Assembly (NCBI GenBank): GCA_017555695.1
Contig: JAFZFX010000005.1
Span: 2,855-66,854, forward strand
Direction: 5' to 3'
Length of the DNA: 64,000 nt
Origin: Alistipes sp.
Lineage (GTDB): Bacteria; Bacteroidota; Bacteroidia; Bacteroidales; Rikenellaceae
The notes below the pieces were generated by a model. That model did no database searches. It worked only from the letters and a program-made list of their open reading frames with translations, and was not told the DNA's origin. Both the position numbers and the translations under genes were made by a program. Positions 1-9,392 of this stretch are shown here, one piece after another (position 1 is the stretch's first letter; each line of letters opens with the position of its first letter).

Positions 1-1
1 A

Positions 2-421
2 TACTTCCCTCTTTTGCCTTCGTTTATGTTCAATCCTATTCGAGCTTTTCTGTGGAAATTAATAGGGGTAAAGGCTGGTAAAAATTTATTTGTTGGATAT
101 GGGGTATATCTTGATGTTGATGGAACTAGTAGATTGCATATCGGAGATGACTGTTCTATAATGGCTCAATCCTTAATATTAATGCATCGCCGCAATATAA
201 ACGAGTATAGTCGAGATAAATTGCAGCACGATTTATCGTATCTACAACTTGAAACTTATATCGGTAATAATGTTTCAATAGGAATGAGATCAATTATTAT
301 GCCAGGAATTTCAATCGGAGATGGCGCTGTAATTGCAGCGGGCTCTGTTGTTACTAAAAATGTTGATCCTTATACGGTTGTTGGCGGTAACCCTGCTAAA
401 ATCATTAAATACATTAAGTAA
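2..421 (+). CDS. Hexapeptide-repeat (left-handed beta-helix) O-acyltransferase of a polysaccharide locus; probably 5'-truncated by the window edge
   Basis: Repeats [28 protein letters not shown] and C-terminal [11 protein letters not shown]; the frame is open from position 2. Confidence 0.85.
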   Translation, partial: YFPLLPSFMFNPIRAFLWKLIGVKAGKNLFVGYGVYLDVDGTSRLHIGDDCSIMAQSLILMHRRNINEYSRDKLQHDLSYLQLETYIGNNVSIGMRSIIMPGISIGDGAVIAAGSVVTKNVDPYTVVGGNPAKIIKYIK

Positions 422-424
422 TTT

Positions 425-1714
425 ATGCGTATTAATATTCCATACATATTCATAAATTTTACACTTTTCTGTATTTTCTTTATTGGATTTCAACTGTTTA
501 TCCCCCTTCCATTTACGGGATTATTAGATGAGGCTTTGATGGGTTTTTCAATGCTTCTGATATTTTCATATCCATCGTTTATTAAGCAATGCGGTGGAGT
601 GTATAAACTTTTTATAGGCTATTTTATATATAACATTGTTAATTATTTTATATCTCCATACTCCAACTCATTTTATATGATGATGTTGCAGTCTTGCATA
701 TCTTTGAAGGTTTTTATAGTTATGTTAGCTCTATTTTGTAGCTATAAAAATCTTAATGATTATTGTAAGGCTAAATTATGGAAAAGAATAAAATTTATCA
801 TCTATTCATTTACATTCATATTTTTTGTTGCGCTATTCCTTAATATTATTTTGGGAGTATTTTGGATGGAAATGTGGAACTTACCTATTATGTATCGTAA
901 TGGAATGCTACGAGTTTTTGGTATGTTTAAGGAAGGCGGCGCAAATGGTTACTTTATAGCTTTTGTCGTAATGACTTTGCTATTCTTCAAACTCTCCGGA
1001 AAGTTAAATTTGCGTAATGTGGTTATAATTTCTATTGTAGCTATTATACTTTCGTATATATCATCGTATCGAAAAACAGTATTGTTCTGTTTCCCATTAA
1101 TACTGTTTTATAATAAAAGTTTAACACATAAAAGACGTTCGTTAAATATACTATTAGGTGCGATATGCGTTTTGATATTTGCTCCTTATATTCTCGGATC
1201 GTCATATTCAGAAGAGACTATTCGAGATTTGTCAAATTTTACAACGAATGACTCTAGTTATATTAGAGGATTGTTATTTTATAATGGATTTTGGTTAGCG
1301 CTAAAATGTTTCCCATTCGGAACGGGGGCGGCGACATTTGGAAGTGTGTATTCTCAATTTAATACATTGTCTGTTTATCGTTTAGTTGGAATGGAGCGAT
1401 GGATTTTGGATTTTGAAGAAGGTGGGGCCGAAATTTTTGATAATTATTTGGGAAGTATCGTTGCCGAACTTGGTTTCTTGGGTATGATTATATATGTATT
1501 ATTGGTCATTAGGATATATAAATTTATTATTCAATCGATCCCATCTACATATAAAATTTGGTTTAAGATTATACATGTGTATCTGATAATTACATCTGCA
1601 ATGGGCCCATTTATTTGTTCTGCAGATGGAACTGCAATATTCTCATTGTTTTTTATCTATTTTTTAATTAAAAATGAAACTGTTTCTAGTCTCAAATATG
1701 TATCCAGACAATAG
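425..1714 (+). CDS. Polytopic membrane protein, putative Wzy O-antigen/capsule polymerase (O-antigen ligase-like)
   Basis: About 10-12 hydrophobic segments; R-G-L..PFGTGAATFGS and DNYLGSIVAELGFLG motifs; lies among glycosyltransferases; AT-rich. Confidence 0.7.
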   Translation: MRINIPYIFINFTLFCIFFIGFQLFIPLPFTGLLDEALMGFSMLLIFSYPSFIKQCGGVYKLFIGYFIYNIVNYFISPYSNSFYMMMLQSCISLKVFIVMLALFCSYKNLNDYCKAKLWKRIKFIIYSFTFIFFVALFLNIILGVFWMEMWNLPIMYRNGMLRVFGMFKEGGANGYFIAFVVMTLLFFKLSGKLNLRNVVIISIVAIILSYISSYRKTVLFCFPLILFYNKSLTHKRRSLNILLGAICVLIFAPYILGSSYSEETIRDLSNFTTNDSSYIRGLLFYNGFWLALKCFPFGTGAATFGSVYSQFNTLSVYRLVGMERWILDFEEGGAEIFDNYLGSIVAELGFLGMIIYVLLVIRIYKFIIQSIPSTYKIWFKIIHVYLIITSAMGPFICSADGTAIFSLFFIYFLIKNETVSSLKYVSRQ

Positions 1715-2744
1715 CTCTCCGGGATACGGTGTGTTTGTTAAAAATGTTGCAGATTATCTTTGCGACAATGGAGTATATATTCCATATCGTGCTGTGATTA
1801 GAGGTAGAAGTAAGAATGTAATACACAAATTAGTTAAGTATATTGTATTCTATTGTACAATAGTGATGCATTTTTTTAAAAAGTACGATGCGCTGTATAT
1901 TCATTATCCCAATATGGTGATACCTGTGCTATTCCCTCTATTTAAGTTGTGTAAAAGAAATCTTATTGTTAATTATCATGGTGAAGATTTACTTTATTCA
2001 GGTCGTTTAGGAACTATATTGGGGCAAATCACAGAAAAATTTGTAAAAGAATATGCTACGGCAGTTGTTGTGCCATCTGATTTTTTTAAGCAAATATTGC
2101 TTAATCGGTCAATATGTACAGAAGAAAAAATAATTGTTTTTCCTTCGGGGGGCGTAAATACTAATATATTTTATCCATCATCAAAAGAAAAATTAGATTC
2201 CTTGGAGTTGGGCTTTGTTGGAAGGATTGAATATGGAAAGGGTTGGAAGGAATATATATTGACTTTAAGTAATTTGAAAAAATATATAAACTTTAATGGG
2301 TATATAATCGGTTATGGGGCGCTAGAACACGAAATGAAGGAATTAATATCGCAATGTGGCCTCAATGATAAGATAAAATTGATTAATGGTATTCCACAAA
2401 GTAAATTACAATACTATTATTCAATGTTTGATTTATTGCTCTTTACGACTCAATTACCTGAAAGTTTAGGCCTCGTTGGGTTGGAAGCAATGGCGTGTGG
2501 AACGCCAATAATTGCAACTAATATTGGAGGTGTTGCAACTTATACTAAGGATAATGTGAATGGTTTTCTTGTGGAAAAAGGAGATATTAATGGAATAGTT
2601 AACTCTGTGGAGCGTTATGTTCATATGAGTGATGCAGAAAAAAAACAAATGAGGTGTAATTGTATTGAAACAGCAAAAAAATATTCTACGGATACGATTT
2701 ACATATCTTTTTTAAATAATCTTAAAAAGCAGTTTAATTCATAA
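1674..2744 (+). CDS. Glycosyltransferase family 4
   Basis: GT-B signature ESLGLVGLEAMACGTPIIATNIGG and FVGRIEYGKG. Confidence 0.92.
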   Translation: MKLFLVSNMYPDNSSPGYGVFVKNVADYLCDNGVYIPYRAVIRGRSKNVIHKLVKYIVFYCTIVMHFFKKYDALYIHYPNMVIPVLFPLFKLCKRNLIVNYHGEDLLYSGRLGTILGQITEKFVKEYATAVVVPSDFFKQILLNRSICTEEKIIVFPSGGVNTNIFYPSSKEKLDSLELGFVGRIEYGKGWKEYILTLSNLKKYINFNGYIIGYGALEHEMKELISQCGLNDKIKLINGIPQSKLQYYYSMFDLLLFTTQLPESLGLVGLEAMACGTPIIATNIGGVATYTKDNVNGFLVEKGDINGIVNSVERYVHMSDAEKKQMRCNCIETAKKYSTDTIYISFLNNLKKQFNS

Positions 2745-2759
2745 TTTGAGGGTTTGGGT

Positions 2760-3830
2760 ATGAAAAATATAACAATTATAGGTACACAGGGTGTGCCAGC
2801 AAGTTATGGAGGTTTTGAGTCTTTGGTGGAGAATATAATCGGAGAAAACAAATCATCGGATATAAAGTATACGGTTTTTTGCAGTAGTAAGGATTTGTCT
2901 CAAAAGTACGATGAATACAAAGATGCAAATTTGAAATATATACCATTAAGTGCCAATGGGATACAGAGTATCCCGTACGATATGTTGAGTTTTCTTAAAA
3001 CTCCAAAGGATGCAGATGTTATTTTGGTATTGGGCGTGTCGGGGTGCTTGTTATTGCCATTATTTAAGCTATTTTCGAAGAAGAAACTTGTTATTAATAT
3101 CGATGGTTTAGAGCATCGTCGTGATAAGTGGGGTAAGTTAGCGAAATTTTACTTGAAACTTTCAGAGAAAATAGCTGTAAAATATGCAGATGTAATTGTT
3201 GCTGACAATAAAGGAATTCAGGATTATGTAAAAGAAGAGTATGGTAAGGATTCAGCTCTTATCGCTTATGGCGGTGATCATGTTATTCGGGAATTAGATG
3301 CAAATACTGAGAATAAAATACTTAGTCAATTTTTTTTGACTCCGAATGAGTATGCTATTACTGTATGCCGAATTGAACCCGAAAATAATTGCCATAATAC
3401 TTTAGAAGCATTTTCTAAAACCGATAAAAAACTTATCTTTATCGGTAATTGGAATCGTAGCGAATATGGACGAAGTCTTAAAGAAAAGTATAGTCAATTC
3501 TCCAATATTATAATTCAAGACCCTATCTATGATATAGATACCTTGTATGCTTTGCGTAAAAATGCAGGATTGTATATTCATGGGCATAGTGCGGGTGGAA
3601 CAAATCCTTCATTGGTAGAGGCAATGTTCTTTGGTTGTCCTATTTTGTGTTATGATGTGGTGTATAATAGGGCAAGTACACAAGATGCAGCTTATTATTG
3701 GACCAATGTAGAAGATCTTGTGAAATTACTGCAACGGAAGGATCTGTCTGGAAATATAATGAAAGAGATCGCTCAGACATGTTATACATGGAAAGTGATA
3801 ACTTCTCAATATGAAGCACTGTATGGATAA
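2760..3830 (+). CDS. DUF1972-containing GT4-like glycosyltransferase (WchF/RgpA rhamnosyltransferase-like)
   Basis: IIGTQGVPASYGGFES, NIDGLEHRRDKW, RIEPENN, HGHSAGGTNPSLVEAM; ATG at 2760 preferred over TTG at 2754. Confidence 0.85.
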   Translation: MKNITIIGTQGVPASYGGFESLVENIIGENKSSDIKYTVFCSSKDLSQKYDEYKDANLKYIPLSANGIQSIPYDMLSFLKTPKDADVILVLGVSGCLLLPLFKLFSKKKLVINIDGLEHRRDKWGKLAKFYLKLSEKIAVKYADVIVADNKGIQDYVKEEYGKDSALIAYGGDHVIRELDANTENKILSQFFLTPNEYAITVCRIEPENNCHNTLEAFSKTDKKLIFIGNWNRSEYGRSLKEKYSQFSNIIIQDPIYDIDTLYALRKNAGLYIHGHSAGGTNPSLVEAMFFGCPILCYDVVYNRASTQDAAYYWTNVEDLVKLLQRKDLSGNIMKEIAQTCYTWKVITSQYEALYG

Positions 3831-4926
3831 TATCGCAATGTTATTTTGTGAATTATTACAAATAGCCCTTGGGCATAGCATGGAGTTCTCGCGTGTTCCG
3901 TCGAAAGAGGAGTGGCGAGAACTCTTCTTATTAGCAAAGAAGCAAGCTCTTATCGGGGTGTCATATGTTGCTATAGAAAAATTGCCTAAGAATCAGAAGC
4001 CGCCTCGCAAATTGTATTTGCAATGGGGGGTTACAGCAGAGCATATCGTGAAACAGAATGAAGAACTTAATATTAAGGCAATATCTATATCTAAAATGTT
4101 TCGCGAGGCAGGTTTTCGCAATGTAGTACTTAAAGGGCAGGGAGTTGCGTTGTATTATGGCATAGAAAACCTAAATAAATATAGGATGCCAGGTGATGTG
4201 GATATTTGGTTAGATGGAAGCAGAGGAGATATAGTGTCGTATGTTTGTAAGTGCAAGCCTGATTGTAAAATTGTATATCATCATATTGATTTTCCCGAAG
4301 TTGAAGGTGTCGAGGTGGAGGTACATTTTACCCCGTCGTGGATGAATAGCTATTTTACTAATCGAGTGCTGCAACGATACTTTGATCAGAATAAAGAGTG
4401 GCAGTTTGCTCAATGCGAAGATGAGGTTGAGGCAATCCCCGTACCATCATTAGCCTTTAATCGAGTATATATTTTGGTCCATATCTACAGACATCTTTTT
4501 CACGAGGGTATCGGCTTACGCCAATTAATGGACTACTATTTCGTATTACGACAAGGTTTTACTGCTACGGAACGCGATTATACGATGCGCATTTTGCGTT
4601 CATTGAAAATGGAGCGTTTTACATCAGCTGTAATGTGGGTGTTGCAGGAAGTTTTGGGGTTGGAGGATGTATATTTGTTAACTTCCCCTAACGAAAAAGA
4701 AGGTAATTTTTTGTTAAAAGAAATTATACATTCTGGCAATTTTGGAAAGAGCGACAAATCTCTTATGCGCAGTCGCAATGAGTCGGACTTATCATATGCT
4801 ATTCGAAAATTAAGACGCAATTTCAGATTTATCCGAAGTTATCCATCAGAGGTGTTGTGGAGCCCTTTGTTCAAAGTGTGGCACTACTTTTGGCGTAATA
4901 GGATGATGAAAACGAAGGCGGCATAA
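3823..4926 (+). CDS. Nucleotidyltransferase family protein (NTP_transf_5-like)
   Basis: LKGQG...R.PGDVDIW, VEVEVH and H.FHEGIGLRQLMD motifs; start 3811 or 3823. Confidence 0.8.
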   Translation: MDNIAMLFCELLQIALGHSMEFSRVPSKEEWRELFLLAKKQALIGVSYVAIEKLPKNQKPPRKLYLQWGVTAEHIVKQNEELNIKAISISKMFREAGFRNVVLKGQGVALYYGIENLNKYRMPGDVDIWLDGSRGDIVSYVCKCKPDCKIVYHHIDFPEVEGVEVEVHFTPSWMNSYFTNRVLQRYFDQNKEWQFAQCEDEVEAIPVPSLAFNRVYILVHIYRHLFHEGIGLRQLMDYYFVLRQGFTATERDYTMRILRSLKMERFTSAVMWVLQEVLGLEDVYLLTSPNEKEGNFLLKEIIHSGNFGKSDKSLMRSRNESDLSYAIRKLRRNFRFIRSYPSEVLWSPLFKVWHYFWRNRMMKTKAA

Positions 4927-4957
4927 TATTCTAAATATAGTTACCTATTGGGGATAT

Positions 4958-5000
4958 ACGAGATGACTGGCGGGTTTAGGCTGGTCATCTCGTTGTTTTT
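4958..5000 (+). terminator. Intrinsic terminator ending the polysaccharide locus
   Basis: ACGAGATGACTGG...CTGGTCATCTCGT stem with G-U pairs, followed by TGTTTTT. Confidence 0.7.
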
Positions 5001-5072
5001 GTGGGGTACAGATGTTGATAAGAGAAAAGAGGAAGTGATCTCGGGGCACTATATTTGTCATAATTCCTCTAG

Positions 5073-5107
5073 AAAAAACGGCGAGAATCAGAACGATTCT
5101 CGCCGTT
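5073..5107 (-). terminator. Intrinsic terminator of the GH78 gene
   Basis: Perfect stem AACGGCGAGAATC/GATTCTCGCCGTT; A-run on the left gives a U-tail on the minus strand. Confidence 0.8.
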
Positions 5108-5128
5108 GAATTTGTTTGCGGGGCGGTG

Positions 5129-7702
5129 TTACTTGGTGATGGAGTGTGTGCCGCTGCCGTAGTTAGTTGATTCTGTCTCACCGGGGAGGGTTACTGTGGC
5201 AGTTGCGCCCTCGGGGATGGTGAACTCCCAAATCCACTTGTCGCCCTCATAGCGCCAAGCACTCTTGATAAGGCCTGCTGCAGAGTTATACTCGGCATTT
5301 ACATAACCCAGACGCTTGTCGGGTACGGGCTTCATGATGATGTGCTTGAAACCAGGAGTTGCGGGGTCTGATGAGATACCAGCTACAGTCTCCCAAATCC
5401 ACTCACATACGCAACCGTAAGCGTAGTGGTTAAAGCTGTTCATACCGCTGGGGCCCATACCCTTGTCCTTCATATAGCTGTTCCAGCGCTCCCAGATAGT
5501 TGTAGCGCCGTTATCTACAGAGTAGAGCCAGCTCGGGTTCTTACGCTGGAAGAGCAACTCGTAAGCGATATCCTCCATCCCGTTCTCTGTAAGAGTAGCC
5601 ATCAGGATAGATGTACCCAAGAAGCCAGTCTGCAAGCAGTTGTCGTGCTCAACGAAGTTCTGGCGCAGACGAGCGATCATATCAGCCTTTGCCTGACCCT
5701 CGACAACTCCGTTCTTTAGAGCGAACAAGGCGGGAGTCTGCATTGTGTTCAATACCTCGGTCTTGAATGTGCCGTTAGCGTTGAGGAAGTTAGCCTTGAT
5801 GTAAGCCTTTGCCTCGTCAGCCATCTGCTGATACTTAGCGGCGTCACGGCCTGTTGCAGCAGCCATGTCGCGCATCATTGTAGCGTCGATAGCCCAGTAA
5901 GAAGCGCAGAGGTAGTTCCAGTAAGCGATAGCCTCGGGCAGAGGACCGTTAGGCCCGAATGCGCCACCGCCGCAGCTCTCCAGAGGCTCGTAGCTCAACC
6001 AGTCAGCCCACTGATAGTTGCCGTTCTCGCCTCTGAGTGACTCGTGGTTGTACTTGGTCTCGTAGATGCGATTCATAAACAAATCCATAGCCTCCCAGCT
6101 CTCGTTTACAATCTGTGTGTCGTTAAACTGTTTCCAGATTGTCCAAGGCACGATGATACCTGCATCGGCCCAACCAAGGCGCATAAAGTCGTTGCCATAC
6201 TGTGCATAGGGAGCTACACCGGGGAAGCCACCCAACGCGTGCTGGCTGTCACGCATATCGCGCATCCACTTGTGGAAGAAATCTACTGTATTCGCAAAGA
6301 AGCTACCTGTCTCGGTGAATACCTGTGTGTCGGCAGTCCAACCCAAACGCTCGTTACGCTGCGGGCAATCGGTAGGAACAGAGAGGTAGTTCGAAAGCTG
6401 ACCCCAATATGTGTTAGAGATGAGCTTGTTTACAGACTCATCGCCAGTTGTAATCTTACCAATCTCGAGGTTCTGTGCAATAGATGTTACGGGGATAGTT
6501 GTAACGCTCTTGATTGTCACATCAGCATCGGCTGTGATAGTAACAAAACGGTAACCATAGAATGTGCGAGTGGGGTGGTACTTCACAAACTTGCCACCCT
6601 GACCGAATGTGTACTTCAACAAGAAAGCTGTGTCGGGAGTACGCAAGTTCTTACGGTGAACGCTACCCTCGGGGCCGTCCATACCGCGGCTGAGTGCGCC
6701 GTTACCGTCGTTGAGCAACTCACCAGGCAAGCAAGTGAGTGTAGTACCCTCAGCGGCCTTGAACTCGAAAGCGGGTATACCAGCGCAGTTCTGACCGAAG
6801 TCGATAACCAAGTTCTCGCCAGCCTTCAGCACGATCTGCTCGCCAGCGTTGTACTGCTTGTTGATAGCAACCTTACCAAACTCATTCTCCTTTGCACCCT
6901 CGATATCCTGCCAAGTGTAGGCCAATACGGGGCTGAGAGTAAGGTCATGACGAAGATAAACCTCGGCACCCTCTGAAGGCAGAATCTCTCCCTTGAACTC
7001 TTTGTTCTGCTCGGGAGTAGAGAGCTTGTCGATGCAGTCGTAACCCATCACCTCGCGAGCATCGTACTCCTCACCATCGAAGATAGCAGAGTGCTTAACG
7101 GGACCAGCGATGCCAGCCTTCCAATTCTCGAGGTCTGTACCATACAACTTCTTTGAGCCATCGGCGTAAGTGAGCTCCAATACAGCACGGAATGCACACT
7201 TTGTTCCGTAGAAGCCCTTGCCGCCAGGAGTCACAATCTTGTCACCCCACCAGCCGGGAGTAACCTGTGCCGTAAGAACATTCTCGGCGTTGGCGCCACA
7301 CTTGAAGGCGTCGGTGATGTCGTATGTGAATGAGCGGCGAGTCTTGAATACATGAGTAAAGCCAGGCTTCAAGAACTCCTTACCAACGGGCTTGCCGTTA
7401 AGGTAAATCTCGTAAACGCCCAAGCTGGTTGTCATCCACTTGGCAGCGACAACCTTCTGCTCGTTCTTTACAGTTGAAGCAAACCAGCTGGCGCCGTCGG
7501 CTGCACGGTTCTGGGTTGCGCCTCTGTCCTTAACTACGGGAGCATCTACTGCTGAAATCCAAATAGACTTCTCCCACGCAGAGTTGTCCAATGCGTCGGT
7601 CTTTGTTCCAACCTCTGTTTCCGAATTAGCGCAGCAACCTGTCAGCAGCAATGCAACGAAAGCCACCGCCAGGGTTGATAGAATAGTCAAATTTTTCTTC
7701 AT
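5129..7702 (-). CDS. Alpha-L-rhamnosidase, GH78, probable lipoprotein
   Basis: PTDCPQRNERLGWTAD, GATTIWERWNS, MNSFNHYAYG; lipobox LLTGC. Confidence 0.93.
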   Translation of the reverse strand: MKKNLTILSTLAVAFVALLLTGCCANSETEVGTKTDALDNSAWEKSIWISAVDAPVVKDRGATQNRAADGASWFASTVKNEQKVVAAKWMTTSLGVYEIYLNGKPVGKEFLKPGFTHVFKTRRSFTYDITDAFKCGANAENVLTAQVTPGWWGDKIVTPGGKGFYGTKCAFRAVLELTYADGSKKLYGTDLENWKAGIAGPVKHSAIFDGEEYDAREVMGYDCIDKLSTPEQNKEFKGEILPSEGAEVYLRHDLTLSPVLAYTWQDIEGAKENEFGKVAINKQYNAGEQIVLKAGENLVIDFGQNCAGIPAFEFKAAEGTTLTCLPGELLNDGNGALSRGMDGPEGSVHRKNLRTPDTAFLLKYTFGQGGKFVKYHPTRTFYGYRFVTITADADVTIKSVTTIPVTSIAQNLEIGKITTGDESVNKLISNTYWGQLSNYLSVPTDCPQRNERLGWTADTQVFTETGSFFANTVDFFHKWMRDMRDSQHALGGFPGVAPYAQYGNDFMRLGWADAGIIVPWTIWKQFNDTQIVNESWEAMDLFMNRIYETKYNHESLRGENGNYQWADWLSYEPLESCGGGAFGPNGPLPEAIAYWNYLCASYWAIDATMMRDMAAATGRDAAKYQQMADEAKAYIKANFLNANGTFKTEVLNTMQTPALFALKNGVVEGQAKADMIARLRQNFVEHDNCLQTGFLGTSILMATLTENGMEDIAYELLFQRKNPSWLYSVDNGATTIWERWNSYMKDKGMGPSGMNSFNHYAYGCVCEWIWETVAGISSDPATPGFKHIIMKPVPDKRLGYVNAEYNSAAGLIKSAWRYEGDKWIWEFTIPEGATATVTLPGETESTNYGSGTHSITK

Positions 7703-7766
7703 AATGTTATTAGTTTAAGTTAGAAATTTCCTATGTGCGGAGGGGGTACACACCACTCCAATATGA

Positions 7767-7774
7767 CAAATATA
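7767..7774 (-). promoter_or_regulatory. Bacteroidetes -7 element for the GH78 gene
   Basis: TATATTTG on the minus strand; a second copy at 7795-7802. Confidence 0.5.
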
Positions 7775-7901
7775 TAAAGAAGTATGTGATTACGCAAATA
7801 TAACTGCCGATTTGTGGCTTTACATGACCGATAGTGTGGAGAAAGCGAAGCGGTCGTTCAACTTGTGGGGTGAAAATGTTGCTGAATAAACATATTTTGT
7901 G

Positions 7902-7909
7902 TAATTTTG
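7902..7909 (+). promoter_or_regulatory. Bacteroidetes -7 element for the esterase gene
   Basis: TAATTTTG ~30 nt before the ATG at 7941. Confidence 0.55.
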
Positions 7910-7940
7910 ATGAAAATTTATAACCGAAAATATTGTAATT

Positions 7941-9365
7941 ATGAAGCGTATTTTACTCTGTGTAGCCCTTGTGGTGTTGGGGAGTGTAATGTGTAATGCT
8001 GCCGAGAAGAAGATTAAGGTGGCTTGCGTTGGAAATAGTATAACCTATGGTGCGGGTATCGCAGACCGTGAGCATAATAGCTATCCTGCGCAGTTGCAGG
8101 CCGCGCTCGGAGATGAGTACGAGGTGAGAAACTTCGGTGTGTCGGCTACGACCGTCTTGCGTAAGGGCCCGATGCCCTATGCCGAGACCGAGGCTTTCCG
8201 TGCGTCGCTGGAGTATAATCCCGATATTGTATTCATCAAGATGGGTACGAATGCTGCGGCTAATCGTAACATCAAGTTCCGTCCCGAGTTCGGTGCGGAG
8301 TACCGTTGGATGGTAGATACCTATCTCAATCTGCCATCAAAGCCTCGTGTGATTCTGCTCACTCCCGTGCGTAGTTTCTTCGAGAAGGATCACCCCGATA
8401 AGGTTATTGAGCAGGAGATTATTCCCGAAATCAAGAAGACAGCCTACGAGAAGGGTCTGGAGGTACTCAACCTGCACAACCTCTTCGGCGACAAGTGGGA
8501 GAAGGAGCTTATGCCCGATAAGTTGCACCCCTCGGCAATCGGTGCAAGCAGAATTGCATCGAAGCTCTATCGTTATTTGACAATGGGTGTTGATGCAGAG
8601 TCAGATGTTGTGTCGGCTTTTGCGCTGAACCCCACCAAGGAGTTCAACTTTCACGGCTATAAGGGTTATGAGTACGATAACAATGGCGTGAAGTACTATA
8701 TCGTCAAGCCCCATCGTGTGGCAAAGGGCAACCCCTGGATTTGGCGTGCGCGCTTCTGGAATCTCGAGCCGCAGGTGGATATTGAAATGCTGGAGAATGG
8801 TTTTTACCTCACATATTGCGAGGTGGGTAACCTGTTCGGCTCTCCCAAGGCCGTAGCCCGTTGGGATGAGTTCTATAAACTTGCAACCAAGGCAGGTCTT
8901 AACAAAAAGACCGTATTGGAGGGTATGAGCCGCGGAGGTCTGATTGTCTATAACTGGACTGTGAAGAATACCAAGAAGGTGGCTTGTATCTATGCCGATG
9001 CTCCCGTTATGGATATCAAGAGCTGGCCCTTCGATTGGGGTGAGTTCCGCGATACTGATGGTCGCCTGAAGCGATTGATGGACTCTTATAATTTTGCCGA
9101 TACTATTGAGGCTTACGCTTGGCGTAAGAATCCGATTGACCACGCTCGCAAGATTGCAAAGGCAAAGATACCTATCATCCATGTTGTGGGCGATGCCGAT
9201 ACAGGTGTACCCGTGAGCGAGAATACGGCTATCTTCGAGGAGCGCCTGGCCCAGTATGGCTACAAACTCAATGTCTATCATAAGCCTGGCATTGGTCACC
9301 ATCCCCACTCGCTGAACAACCCCGAGCCTATCGTGTCATATATCCTTGAGTCGGTTGGGCGGTAG
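7941..9365 (+). CDS. Secreted two-domain esterase: SGNH/GDSL hydrolase fused to an alpha/beta hydrolase (putative carbohydrate acetylesterase)
   Basis: Signal peptide; VGNSITYG, MGTN, DKLHP (SGNH); GMSRGG nucleophile elbow, GDAD, GHHPH. Confidence 0.82.
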   Translation: MKRILLCVALVVLGSVMCNAAEKKIKVACVGNSITYGAGIADREHNSYPAQLQAALGDEYEVRNFGVSATTVLRKGPMPYAETEAFRASLEYNPDIVFIKMGTNAAANRNIKFRPEFGAEYRWMVDTYLNLPSKPRVILLTPVRSFFEKDHPDKVIEQEIIPEIKKTAYEKGLEVLNLHNLFGDKWEKELMPDKLHPSAIGASRIASKLYRYLTMGVDAESDVVSAFALNPTKEFNFHGYKGYEYDNNGVKYYIVKPHRVAKGNPWIWRARFWNLEPQVDIEMLENGFYLTYCEVGNLFGSPKAVARWDEFYKLATKAGLNKKTVLEGMSRGGLIVYNWTVKNTKKVACIYADAPVMDIKSWPFDWGEFRDTDGRLKRLMDSYNFADTIEAYAWRKNPIDHARKIAKAKIPIIHVVGDADTGVPVSENTAIFEERLAQYGYKLNVYHKPGIGHHPHSLNNPEPIVSYILESVGR

Positions 9366-9392
9366 TTTTGTATCCACCATAAGTGCGACAAT

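Noticed and set aside
4945-5181. 78-aa minus-strand ORF downstream of GH78
   Set aside because: Runs through two terminator hairpins and has no coding features
6044-6976. 310-aa antisense ORF within GH78 (and similar ones at 8601, 22672, 29949, 57983)
   Set aside because: Shadow ORFs with no initiation context or recognisable domain
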